Source: Octopus bimaculoides
Lineage: Eukaryota
DNA: 51,469 bases
Assembly (NCBI RefSeq): GCF_001194135.2
Contig: NC_068987.1
Location: forward strand, 94,871,298 to 94,922,766
Direction of reading: 5' to 3'
Below the pieces are notes generated by a model. The model was not told the origin of the DNA and did no database searches. It worked only from the letters and a program-made list of their open reading frames with translations. Shown here one piece after another: positions 36,200 through 48,142 of the stretch (positions are counted from its first letter, which is position 1; each line of letters begins with the position of its first letter). A program made the position numbers and the translations under genes.

Positions 36200-36311
36200 T
36201 ACCAGACTCTAAAAAAAACTAAGTACTGGTGTTTATTAATTCATTCGCGTGAAAATTCTTCAAGGCAATGCCCCAGCATGGCCACAGTCTAATGACTGAA
36301 ACAAGTAAAAG
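36200..36311 (+). mobile_element. SINE 3' end with CR1-like tail
   Basis: AAGTACTGG...GGCAATGCCCCAGCATGGCCACAGTCTAATGACTGAAACAAGTAAAAGA. The last 41 nt match the CR1-like LINE 3' end (10392-10432, minus) at 31/41 positions. Confidence 0.65.
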
Positions 36312-39179
36312 ATATATGCGCTCACAAACACAAATGTTATGGAGTTGTAACTGCATTGCTGCACAGTGGCAGTTCTAACTTATTTATTTCAGTAGCGAAT
36401 ACATACGTGTGTGTGTGTGTGCATGCGGATAGGTGGGTCTATTTCAAATTTCAGATTGACTAACAATACAATGACTTCCTTCTCTTTTGAATCTCATTAA
36501 ATTAATATTATTGAAACCAGAGTTAAGTCAGTCTTTATTGTATGAATTCAGAAAACTATATCTTTATTTATTTATTTACTCCACCTTAGATATAAATACT
36601 AAAACAACGTACTGTAGCACCATATTATTGTATTATTCATTTTACATAAATCATTTTTTTTTTCTTTTTTTGTTTTCACACAGAAGGAAAGACTTTAAAA
36701 ACAAATTTTCCCTCTGTGCTGCTCATATTGCATTGGGCAAAAAACAAAATAAGGCTTACTAATATAATTGCTAGACCTTCAACATGTAATTTTATTTTCA
36801 GTAAACCTACGTTTAGCGAGTAATATCTTCCATTGTTCGCTGCACTCTTACATTAGATTAAATTATTGGCAGCGAACAGAAAGGTCAAAATAGTTTGCAA
36901 GTATGCTTATCTCGACATGGAGGTGTTTCTAGTCTTTAGTTTCAAACTTAGCGGATGTCATGAAAATTTATCCTGGCTCTGTAGCTGACATTTACTTACA
37001 AATATACACATAGAAAAACACTTGACCAGACATTATGTTCAAACTGACTCCTGTATAGTATAAATGCATTTAAAAATCTTATTGCTGATGACTAAAAATG
37101 TAAAGACTCGGTAAATAGGCCTCACAGCTGTTGAATCAAGAAGAAAGGAAAAGCTTTCGGTGATTTTATGAAACAGGGCTGTAAATCTTTCCTAAAGTTT
37201 AGGATTGTGGGACTTTTATAAACCAGTGCTTAGATTTGAAGTGGATCAGAAACAACTTCTTATCCTGGGCTTATTAACAGTCTGGTAGATATGTAACTGA
37301 AGTGAACCCAGCCACATGAAATTAATTGTACTAAATGAAATATGCATGTGGGGCATATGGCAGCATGGAATAATGATGAAGAAGTCTACACCATTACTGT
37401 AAACTTTTCATTGTCTATATTTATATATATATATATATATATATTTTCATTAAATTTGTGCTTTAATGACAAAGTTCTACTGTTATATATATATACACAA
37501 CAGCTGGGTTTTTTTTTTCACATTTTACCCAAATTTTTAGGCCATAAATGCATAATCCTTTTTCGCTTCAAGAGAAGAACTGATTGAATTTCAGTTGTTC
37601 TGATTGCTGTTTTTGCATCCATCAAAATCCACAATTTATGAAAAGAATGTTGGATGCTGGAGTCTTCTATATTGGGTAGATTTGAGGACAGAAATTGTAG
37701 ATCATCAAACTATATTTAGCAGTGTACTTGACACCATGAGCTTAAAACATCCTCTTGATTTTTTTTGCTCTGCTGTATAAATATTGATGAACGAAAATGG
37801 ATGATACAACCATTACTCAACTCCAATGATCTTTCTGGCAAACGCTGTTTTCATAGGGAAGCTGGATATATGATTTCTACTTTCTTTATATTCTATGCAA
37901 TTAAATTAAAATAGCCATCTGTGTGTCAAACTTAATGTGTAGAGACAAATATGCCTTTCCCTATGCTTATCTCTATACATGGACACACCCCAACCACTCA
38001 TTCCTTATTAAGTGCTCCCCTCACTTCCCATGGAACCCCATTCTCACTGATCCCTAGATCATTTTGCTTTATGTCTACTACACACGTTTTCTTATTCTTT
38101 TTATGTTTCATTTTCTATCATTTTTCTGATGAAACACTCGAAATGTTTAGAGTTTTCCTTTCTTTTTAAGCATTTCACCAATCCAACATTTGCTAAAATT
38201 TGTCCCCTAAATTGTCGTCATCTTTTTTGTGTTATCACCTACTTTATATATATATATATATATGTGTGTGCATACACATGCATATACACACACACAATTA
38301 TGCATACATAGATGCATAATTCTGAAGTTATTTCTAATGTTTTTCTTACATCTGCGATACATAGCAAAATAAAACAAACAAAAGGAAAGAGTATAGTCGT
38401 CCTTCAAGAAAACTAAATGATAATTTCTGCCTGATTTACTTTAGTAAGCATTCTTCTGTTTATCATATTATACCTAATTCTTTTCCCAGCAGACACTAGT
38501 TTCCATATACCACTATGCCACTAATGCAGCTGCTCTTTTTGCAACTTTCACATATTTTTTATATCAATAATGATAGAGAAATCAATACACTATACATTAA
38601 TCTTTCAATATTTTTTCTGAGTTTGTATATTCATATATATATGTGTGTGTGTGTAAGTGTTGTGTGTGTATCCATAAAGTTTTGGATGAAAATATGTTTA
38701 TTAATAATGTTCACTGATGTTGCCATAAATATATATCTTTATATTTGGGTGTGTATCTATACTGACACACACACACAAATATCTTTGTGTGTGTGTACGT
38801 GCATGCATGTATGTGTTTACTTCAAATATTCCATGCAACTTCTTTCCATACCCTGTTTCTCATCAGGAGTATCTTTATTTTGGATTCTGCTTCCAGGAGG
38901 TCACTCAAATTAGTAACAAAGTCTAATTTCCCAACAAAGAAAAAGTTTAATCTCTTCAACTTAGAATTGAATATTATCATCTTACTCTGTATTAGCCATA
39001 CACTGCTTATCATATGCGTGTGTGCGTGTTGTTCACTCTATCACTACTGAGAGATTTCTATTTAGCACTTGCCTCTCTAGTTACCAGTTTTAGATAAATA
39101 AATAGTATTTACTCTATGGCGTACACTGTGTATTGCATCTCTCAACTATTAAGCCAAAAACGTTTAGCTTCATCACTTT

Positions 39180-41720
39180 TTGGACTCTTTTCTAATTCAT
39201 AAAATGCCTTTGCTTAAATCACTTCACCATGTTGTTTCACCACTTCTTTATAGTAACTTGTAATCTCCTCCTTTATCTATGTCAGTCTCTTCAGATCATT
39301 GCTTTCTATGACTTCTTCCACATGTTCATTCCAGTTGAATCACTTGATACACTACTTGGATCCTCTGGTACTCTACTTCTCATTCTTTTTTTCACTCCCA
39401 ATTTCTCTCTCTCTCTGCTCTTTTGTCCTCCATCATTCATTCTTACAACCCTTATTCATTCAGCAAAGCATGCTTGCCTCTTTTCTGGCCAGCCTTCACA
39501 TTTCCCTGCATTTAATGCCCATGTTTCTCTGTTATAGAATATCATACACTTCAAGAGAGAAACCCTTTGTTACCACCTGAGATAAAAGCTCTTTGAACTT
39601 TTTTTTTTTACCTTCCTGTTCTTACTTTAGCTCCTCTGTTTTCAGAACATCTACCTCCATAGATAACTACCTCCATAGATAACTTAGATCACCAACTTCA
39701 AAAGAACCTTTACAATATTACAAAGAATATATTTCTTCACTGCTTTTACTGCTAACTACTTTTGTACATTTTACAACCTTTAAAGTTTTCTTTCTCTGCC
39801 ATCTTGCGATCTCACAATACCTCGTATGTGCCTTTGGTTCAGATTTGGGATAGTGTATGAAATTCTTACACACTCCCTTTCTTATAAATAACCACTTCAT
39901 AGAAGGTAGGGGAGTCTTGTTTTCTGTATTTGTAAACTAAAACTTTCATATTTAAATCCTCTCAATTTCATGTTTGAAATTCTGATCTAATTCTTTGTCA
40001 GTTTCAGCTACGAGCACTACTAGTTCAACAGTATACACATGTTAGGATCAATCAGTTTCATAGGCTTCTGCTTTGAACTGGAAAACTATAAGAGACGAGC
40101 AACTGAGAATTTGCGTAACACCTTTCTATATGCAACTTATTTAACACAATTCTCTTTCTTTTCTCAGTCACGTTAAAACTTTCCTATTATTTGAACCACC
40201 AGGATAGTTAGAGTAGCAGATAAAAAAAAAAAACCCTTGGGTTATTTATTCTGTCTCTTTGCATTCTGAATTCAGTTCCTGCTTTGATTATCTTTGCCTT
40301 TCATCTCTCTGGATGGATGGGTGAAAATAAAGATCCAAACAAATACTTGATGGTATTAACTGACATTTCTCATCAAATCTGCTGGCGTTGTGGCTAAATC
40401 AGAAACCTGTAGGTGATTCTTTCAAGAATTTTTCCTTTGTTTTTGAAGCAGTTGACATCTCCCTGCACTACATGGACCATCAAAACAGTAACCAAACCCC
40501 CCTGATATCTCACCTGACTACCTTTAAAAAACATTGTAAATTATGTCCTGAGTTACTTGCCTCTAGAAACAGATCGAGTGACCATGGTTAGAATTCTCTG
40601 ACCATATAATCTGATTTGGTTTAAACAATAGGAGCCACAATATCTTGATTGACAATGTCTGGAATTGGCCCATTTCGTTTGCTACTGAATATAAGAGAGT
40701 GATAGCAGAGAGGACAAGTTTCAGTGAGACAAATGGTGCCAGCCATAGACAACATCAATTGATGGAGGAGGAGGAATGTAACTTTGACCCCAGATGGTAT
40801 TGTTGCTTTTCTTGTGTCTTGGTCATATTCTTATCGCTGGTCCCTTCATTTTGTCTACTTGACTGATCCCTCTTTCAGCAACCTTTCATAAGAAAATTTC
40901 CCATCTTTTTTTCTTTCTCAACATGAAGGAAACTAAAAGAACTGTTTTCATTCTATATCCTCCTTTCTGTAAAGACGTCTTTCTTTGCACTTTGTAATCC
41001 AGAACGGTCCATACACTAATCCTCTTGTGTTAGAACATTAACAAACCTCTTACTTCAACCTTTCCTTCATGCCCCATTTACTCTCAAGCTTCTCTTCCAG
41101 TTGTCCCCGTGTGCTTATCACTCTCTAGTTCCTCCCAATCTTGCTCTCAGTTTTCATATCTTCCTCCTCCTCCTCCTCCTCTAGATTATTATCTTTTTTT
41201 GTCTCTTGAGTTTCTTTACCTTTTATTGTAACATCACTAGAGTCTTTGTTGAATGCTGCATTCTTTTCTTTTGCTGAATATTCACAATCAATTGTCTACT
41301 CCATTTTCTATTGGGTTTGAAGTCTTATTTGTTTGCTTCATTGGTAGCAAATCACGTGATTGGTAGACTTTTATAAGTTCATATCACAAATAGCCAGGTT
41401 GTTTGCATTGCAGAACTCCAACAACCTTCATTTATTCTATATTTTTATCCTCTTTATACATAGGAGTAGCCATTGTAGTGTTGCTCAGTGTGTCAGTTAA
41501 AGACCCCAGCTGTGATAACAAGGTTTCTCATTCATTATCTCAGTAGCCTGCGAGGAAACCTCATTGGAAAGTGCTTTTGTTTCAGTGGAGAGATCACTGT
41601 TGCTCTCATGCTATTTACGATGAGTATAGACTTAATTATTCAGTCAGATACTCCTCTGACTACTTTGAATATTTTGCCTCTGCCAAAAATGTGCACACTC
41701 CATCATCCCAAGTAATTTTT
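39180..41720 (-). mobile_element. Old, heavily decayed copy of the PHD-bearing RTE LINE (APE endonuclease C-half, linker, RT, PHD remnant, thumb); boundaries approximate
   Basis: Minus-strand remnants in the expected order: VVRGVSD*IIKSILIVNSMRATVIS; RLLEFCNANNLAICDMNL*KSTNHVICYQ (APE); KRFVNVLTQED; KMKGPAIRI; VNCFKNKG; YTVELVVLVAE (from YADDLxLxAE); KWLFIRKGVCKNFIH (PHD start); GGRCSE...KFKELL..VVTKG. Confidence 0.7.
40215..40330 (+). mobile_element. Decayed SINE (second family) inserted in the old RTE
   Basis: TCTTTGCATTCTGAATTCAG...CTTTGCCTTTCATC...GAAAATAA is similar to about 47595-47670. Confidence 0.5.
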
Positions 41721-43550
41721 ACCTGAATTCCTTGCTTAATGGCAATATAGTATGAGAATTGATTTGATGATTTAAGATTAATACCAATTTAGAAAATTAC
41801 TATTTGTCAATCTCAATGAGAGATATTCAGCAACAGTACTTTGGAATAAAGATTGTTTGCCAACATAGCATGGCAGTCTTAAATTACAGCAACATTCGTC
41901 CTAGACCAGGACTGCCATATTATGTTGGCAAACAATCTTTACTCCAATACCAATTTAATAAAATAAGAAAGATTAAAACATTTTCTGTTTACCACTAATA
42001 GGGATATATGTGGATTTGGAGTCTGTCTTTTCCATGAAGTAATATAATATGATAATTAGCAAAAAGAATGAAATTATGTAATTGGTTATGTTAGTGTTAT
42101 GACTATCTTTTTGATGCTACTTAGTTTGTTCAATGCAGCTCAAAGAATGTTAAAAATGGCTTTTTTGGGGGATAGAATTGTACTGAGGACTTCCTCCTGA
42201 AGCATCAACTGTTAGTATTACAATACTAGGCTTATGTTCAGAGTGATGAACTTCACTAATTACCAAACTTATAATTCTCAAATCCAACCATGAACAGCAT
42301 TAACAGCAGCAGCACCAATGCTACAAAATTGGCGTCTTTGACTTTTCACCTGAAGTGCTACATTTAAATATTGTCTGAGCCAAAGATGGGTCTGTAGGTG
42401 TTGGAAATCATTTGTAACTAAAGAAGGTATTTAGCAATAGAATGAATGCTCAGGTTGTTGAAAAGATTTTGAATGGAATTTGACTCACTAGCGAAAACAC
42501 AAGTCTTGTGATTAGGACGAGCATGTAGATCTCTGGATTAAAAAGAAGTGAAATATTTAATAGATTCTTCTCTGAAACAATCAGATTGATCTGGTATCAC
42601 CTCTTCACTAGAAAAGGATGAAATGAGATAATTTCATGACTCATGAACGGGTAAAATCAATACTTTTAACCAATCAAATACTTTTACCTCTACAATAAAT
42701 ATATCAAGAAAAAGACAAGAAATAAAATCTAAAAAAAAAAGGTGCAACATAGCTGAATTATTGTTGATAGTCTGGATAATGCGGATGAAGTGTCAGTATG
42801 ACCCTGATACAATAGTCACCAACACAGTATAAAGAAGAGAGAGGAGTAACATGATTGAAGCATTAGAAATGGGTAAAGAGGTAAAGTATTGCATGAAAGG
42901 CAGAACATTATTTTAGTCTCTTTTCTTGATTCAGAGTTCAAATTCAAGCAAGGCCACATTTTTTTTTTTAAATCTGTGACAATTTTGCAAGACTATTTCT
43001 GTGGCCATATTCGTAGCTGTGGAAAGGCAATTAGTGAAGAGGTAAATAAAAGATGCATTTGTGCAAGGAGTCTCATTTTCAAATTGAATTACTGCACTTT
43101 GTTGTTGGGTTTTAATTTTTGGATTTAAAATTTTGTCAACATCAGACCAATCCATCTTCTGCCTCCAACTTCTTTGAGCTTCATTTGATCTCACTCCTAA
43201 CATTGTTTTTGTATTGCTTCTTTTAGTGAATTTCTCTCCAAGTGCAGTAGGCAATTTTTCTGTAATTACTTTTACTTCATGTCAGTGATACGGCCAACAA
43301 TGGTAATAAACTGGTATCAGCTTGCTTAAATAGATCCTAAATTTCCTTTTTATAATGAAAACCTCTCAAGATCACATTCATTATTGAGTAGATATGATCC
43401 AATTTTGCTTTCTATAACTGTTTCAGTAGATTATAGATATAAATTTGTGTGTTGAGGCTTTGTAATATGGCTAATCAGTAGATATGTTTCCCAGTTATTT
43501 TGCAATCAATATTTACATTCTGTCACTCATTTTTTTTTTTTTTTTTACAG

Positions 43551-44419
43551 ATCTTGCCGACTGGCTGCTGCTTCTGGGCTATGATGTGCGGAGTTTGGCA
43601 CCAGATGTCACTTATACTGGTGAAATTCGGGGCCACAAGAAGGGTTGCCATGACGTCGAGTTGCTACCAACATCATCTGCATTTGAGTGCACTTTCCGCC
43701 GTGACATGGACAACTTACTTATGATGTCAACTGTATCGAGTTCAAAGATCACACCAAAGCAGCCAACCCCTGTCTTAAAGCCAGCACATGTTCCTTTCAT
43801 TCTTGGGAATGGAATCATTCTATCAGTGGTTGATGAGCGTGTTCTTGTAAACTTTGTCGATAACACCCCAGAGATCTTACGTAAAACTGCCAGTGTTTTG
43901 TTGAACAATTCTGATATTATCGATATGCACTTCACAATTAAAGGCAAAGCTATCCACTACTTTGTCAAAGTTGATACCAATCAGGCTGACATGGATCTTG
44001 GAAGTCTTAATTTACGGGGCAAGCCGGTGGTTTTCATGGAAAATGGTATCAACATAACAGTTCACAAGATCCAACATACTGACGGCTTTCACGCAAGAAG
44101 CCACGAGGAAATCGACATTCGGTTGCACGGCAACTACAGTATCATGAACATTCGGTATGGAACTGATGTAACTCACGAGAAGCACCGGGTTTTGCAGCAT
44201 GCTAAAGAGCGTGCTGTAATGCATGCTTGGGCTCGGGAGAAATATTGGCTGCAGAATAGCTTGCCAAGTGAATACCTTTGGTCCGAGCAAGAGAAATATG
44301 AAATCAAAACTGTAGGTTATGCTGAAGGATATATAGGGATATACATTCGAAATCCTGAAGAATATCCAGAGCTTGCTGATGATTGCAATAATATTAGGCT
44401 GCTTAAAAGGACAAGATAA
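43551..44419 (+). CDS. TENM: Teneurin terminal coding exon: internal linker, ABD and Tox-GHH/TCAP region, ending at TAA
   Basis: A long T tract plus ACAG| at 43550 completes the phase-1 codon (T-D|LADWLLLLGYD). Contains HFTIKGKAIHYFVK, RYG, EKHRVLQHAKERAVMHAWARE, WSEQEK and YPELADDCNNIRLL, all typical of the teneurin C-terminus. Confidence 0.97.
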
Positions 44420-44717
44420 AATAATAATAATAATAATAATGATAATTATTATTCCTTATTTTGTAAAGAAATAAAAAAAAAAATGCAGTAAAAAAATTTT
44501 AAAAATTAAATAAAGACAAGATAAAATGAAACAAAATAATTGCAGAACCAACAATAGAGACAACTTTAAAGAAAAAAAAAATATAAATTTAAAAAAAATA
44601 ATATAAAAATGAAACCAAAAGATTTTTAAAATGTGACAATAACACCTGCGATATATAAAACATTTACTAAATGTATGTGTGTGTGTGTGTGTGTGTGTGC
44701 ATATATGCATGCATGTA

Positions 44718-44762
<45 letters not shown>

Positions 44763-45001
44763 GTACATATGCACATCATATACATGTCATATATCTACAT
44801 ACATACATATGTATGTATGTATGCATCAAACAATGTTGTATGAATATATATACATACATGCAAATACAAATCAAAATACATCTATAAACATGCAGATGTT
44901 ACAGAGAAAAAAAAACAAGATATTGCTTATTTGTGAAAGGAAGAGATAAAATACCATAAACTAATGAAAGTGGTGTGTGCGAGTGAGCGTGTATAGATCT
45001 G

Positions 45002-45033
<32 letters not shown>

Positions 45034-45352
45034 TAATGTGTGTGCATGTAAAGATATGTATATGTGCATATATGTATATGTAATAAAAATGTAGGCATGT
45101 GTGTGTGTGTGTGTATATATATGTGTACGTGTATATATATATGTATATATATGTTTGTGTATATATATATGTACATATATGTATGTGTGTATAAATGTAT
45201 ATATATATATATATATACACATACAGATATATATGAACTTGGGATGCAAATTAAACAACAATTAGTAGAATTTAAAATGATAAAAAGACATTTTTTATAG
45301 TCTTGTTTTCATTTCATGGAGGAGATTTTGGGTTTGACAGAACCAGTGTATG

Positions 45353-45359
45353 CTTGAGT

Positions 45360-45395
<36 letters not shown>
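45353..45395. repeat. (GA)n microsatellite
   Basis: Direct reading. Confidence 0.9.
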
Positions 45396-45396
<1 letters not shown>

Positions 45397-47548
45397 CAAA
45401 TGAGTGAATGAACGTCAATGCTGAGATATTTCAGAAGTCTCTTTTTCTTCTTTTATTTTTTCCAAAGAAAACATTTTTTTCCAACTTAAGGGGAGAAGAA
45501 AAAGATTAAATTAATTGAAATAAACTAAAACTATTAAATGATTTTTAAAAAAAAGAGAAAGGGAAAATTGTGAGGAAAAAATTCCTAAAATTTTTCCAAT
45601 GCACCTCCCAAAAACTATTCCCCTCCAATTGAATCCCCTATTTGCCCTTGTTTACCACGACCTAGAACAACCCCATCCCACTACCGCTGCTGCTGCTGCT
45701 GCTGCTGCTGTCACAACTACCATGGAAGAAAGGAGGAAGAAAATTAAATAAATCCAATAACAATTCTATTTTTTTTATTTAATTTTTGGTGGGATTAAAA
45801 CAGCATCACCAGTAAATGATGAAGTACAAAACAGCTACACCATGAACGTCAGCACCACCACTACCAACAACAACAACAGCAACAACAACAACAACAATTG
45901 CACTAATAAAAAAGAAGAGCAAGATGAATAAAAACTGCAAACAACGAGAACAACTCTGATTAATGAAACTGGGAACAGGACTAAATGGAGGAGGTTTAAA
46001 ATTAATTAATTAATTAATAAAATGAAAAAGAATAATTAGTTGAAGTAAACACCACAAACATCAGCTATAATAATAATAATAATAATAATAACAATAATAA
46101 TAAGTACAATATGAGCCATGATATTGAGTAATATTAAAATGATCTTGTATTAAGAGAAACAGAGAGAGGGGGGGAGAGAGAGAGCAGTTGCCCTTTTGTA
46201 GCTACTTCTGCAAATTGGAAAACCTTCCCGTAAAATGTGATATAAACATTCTACAGTTCTTCCAGCTACACAAACACACATATATATACACACGTTCACG
46301 CACACGCATATATATACACACATGCTCACGCACATATATATGGTGAATATACATGTGTGTGTAGATATATATATACATACATTATGGATACATATGTGTG
46401 TATATAAACATATGTATAGTGTATATATATATATATATATATAATGGATGCACATATATGTATGTGTGAGTACACGCATATGTATATACATAGAGAGAGA
46501 GATGGGAAGAGATAGAAAGAGATAATATGTAAGTGGTAGGTTTGTGTCTGTGTATAGATGTGTGTGTGTGTGTGTGGAGGGGGTTTGTGTAAATGTGTAT
46601 ACACAGCTGCATGCACACACACACACACAGAGCCATCTTCTGATTGCTTTCTCCTGATTCTGACATAATCCTCCAAACTCTGTTCTTTATCTTTCTTATC
46701 ACCATCATCACCATCACCACCACAACCTACATTTTCTTCCTCCCATCCCCCCCTCCTCTATGCAACAACTACTTACTCACCCCTTTCTCTTTTCTCTCTC
46801 CCTCCATCAACCTATTCACTAAACATGTGTTTACCTCTTCTGTTATTGCTGTTTCTTGCTAACAATGCCATTTTATGAGCTTTCTTTCTCTCTGGATTGC
46901 TTCAAACTGTTTACTTGTCTATGACTGTGTGCATGAGCTTTCATAGGTCTGTGTCTGTCTATCTATTTATATACATACATACATATGAATATCTGAATCA
47001 AGTGAGATTAAATCTGGATGTATCTAACTCCAAGTTCAAAATTTAATCCAAATTATCTCACCTTGTTTTAGATTCTGATGTGTCTTTGCCTCATTTTTAC
47101 CCCTACCCAGGTACACTCACCTGATAAACAAAGGATGAAAGGTAGGCATTGAGTGCAGGAACAAGTGTTTGTGTATTTAGGGGAAAAAGAATGCAGAGGA
47201 AGGAGCAGTATTTCGCACATTCTGGCTTCATTCTCTACACAATCAACAATGCAGATTACATCTGCTACATGTTCACTTTATATATGTATATACATGCACA
47301 TACATGTATATATGTATGTATATATATATATACACACACGCAAATATATGATGATGGGTGTATTTTGTTCAGATATATGTATATATAATAAGTTCATGTA
47401 CAAGCACACACAGACACACACTTGTGTGCGAATAACTGGGGGGAGCACTGTATGAATGTAAACTCTCTTGTTGCTATTACGCTCTTCTTAATTTTCCCTT
47501 ATCAGTTTCTTCATCATCATCGTTTTTATTATTATTATTATTATTATT

Positions 47549-47752
47549 AAGCAGATTTGGTAATAAATTGGACAAATGTTTTAGCAGCAGTTCTTATAGC
47601 TCTTTACATTCTGAGTTCAGATAAGGCAAGGTCCACTTTGCCTTTCCTTCTTCCAGAGGTGATAACATTAAGTACCTGATAAATACTGTGGTTGATATAA
47701 TTGACTAATCCACTACTGCTAGTGTTGCTGGCCTTGTGTCAAAATTTGAAAC
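47549..47752 (+). mobile_element. tRNA-like SINE, second family
   Basis: Collinear with the reverse complement of 18764-18963, flanked by (ATT)n and (ATC)n. Confidence 0.7.
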
Positions 47753-48110
47753 TAGTTATTACTATCATCATCATCATCATCATCATTAACCTGAGGTCCA
47801 TATAATATGAGAATCATTTAAAATTATTTCTGCTCATCTATGAATTTATAGGTTTGTGCTATTATTATTATTATTGTAAATATCATCAACACAAATCACT
47901 GCATCATCATCATCATTGTCATTATCATTATTGTTATCCAGATTGGCAGGTAGATAGGTGAGGGTTTAACTGATAAAAGAGGGCTATCTATTGAAATTCA
48001 GGCATTCATTTTTGCTTAAACTATAAACAAATATAGACACACACACACACACACACACACAAAGAAAAGTGACAAGATTCACGACATTTGACCAGAAAAT
48101 TTTCTTGGGC

Positions 48111-48142
<32 letters not shown>

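Noticed and set aside
38121-38152. CTGATGA...GAAATGTT hammerhead-like string
   Set aside because: Only 7 nt (AACACTC) separate the core halves and cannot form stem II, and stem I does not pair. At best it is a dead relic and it may be chance.
43484-43550. Start codon and hydrophobic N-terminus (MFPSYF...FFFFFT) of the 311-aa ORF
   Set aside because: This is the polypyrimidine tract of the last intron; poly-Phe comes from the T run.
32377-44419. Bacterial RHS/YD polymorphic toxin (contamination or recent horizontal transfer)
   Set aside because: The coding sequence is split by spliceosomal GT-AG introns with matching phases, has teneurin-specific motifs, has no adjacent immunity gene, and sits among animal repeats. 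The toxin-like fold is the known ancestry of teneurins.
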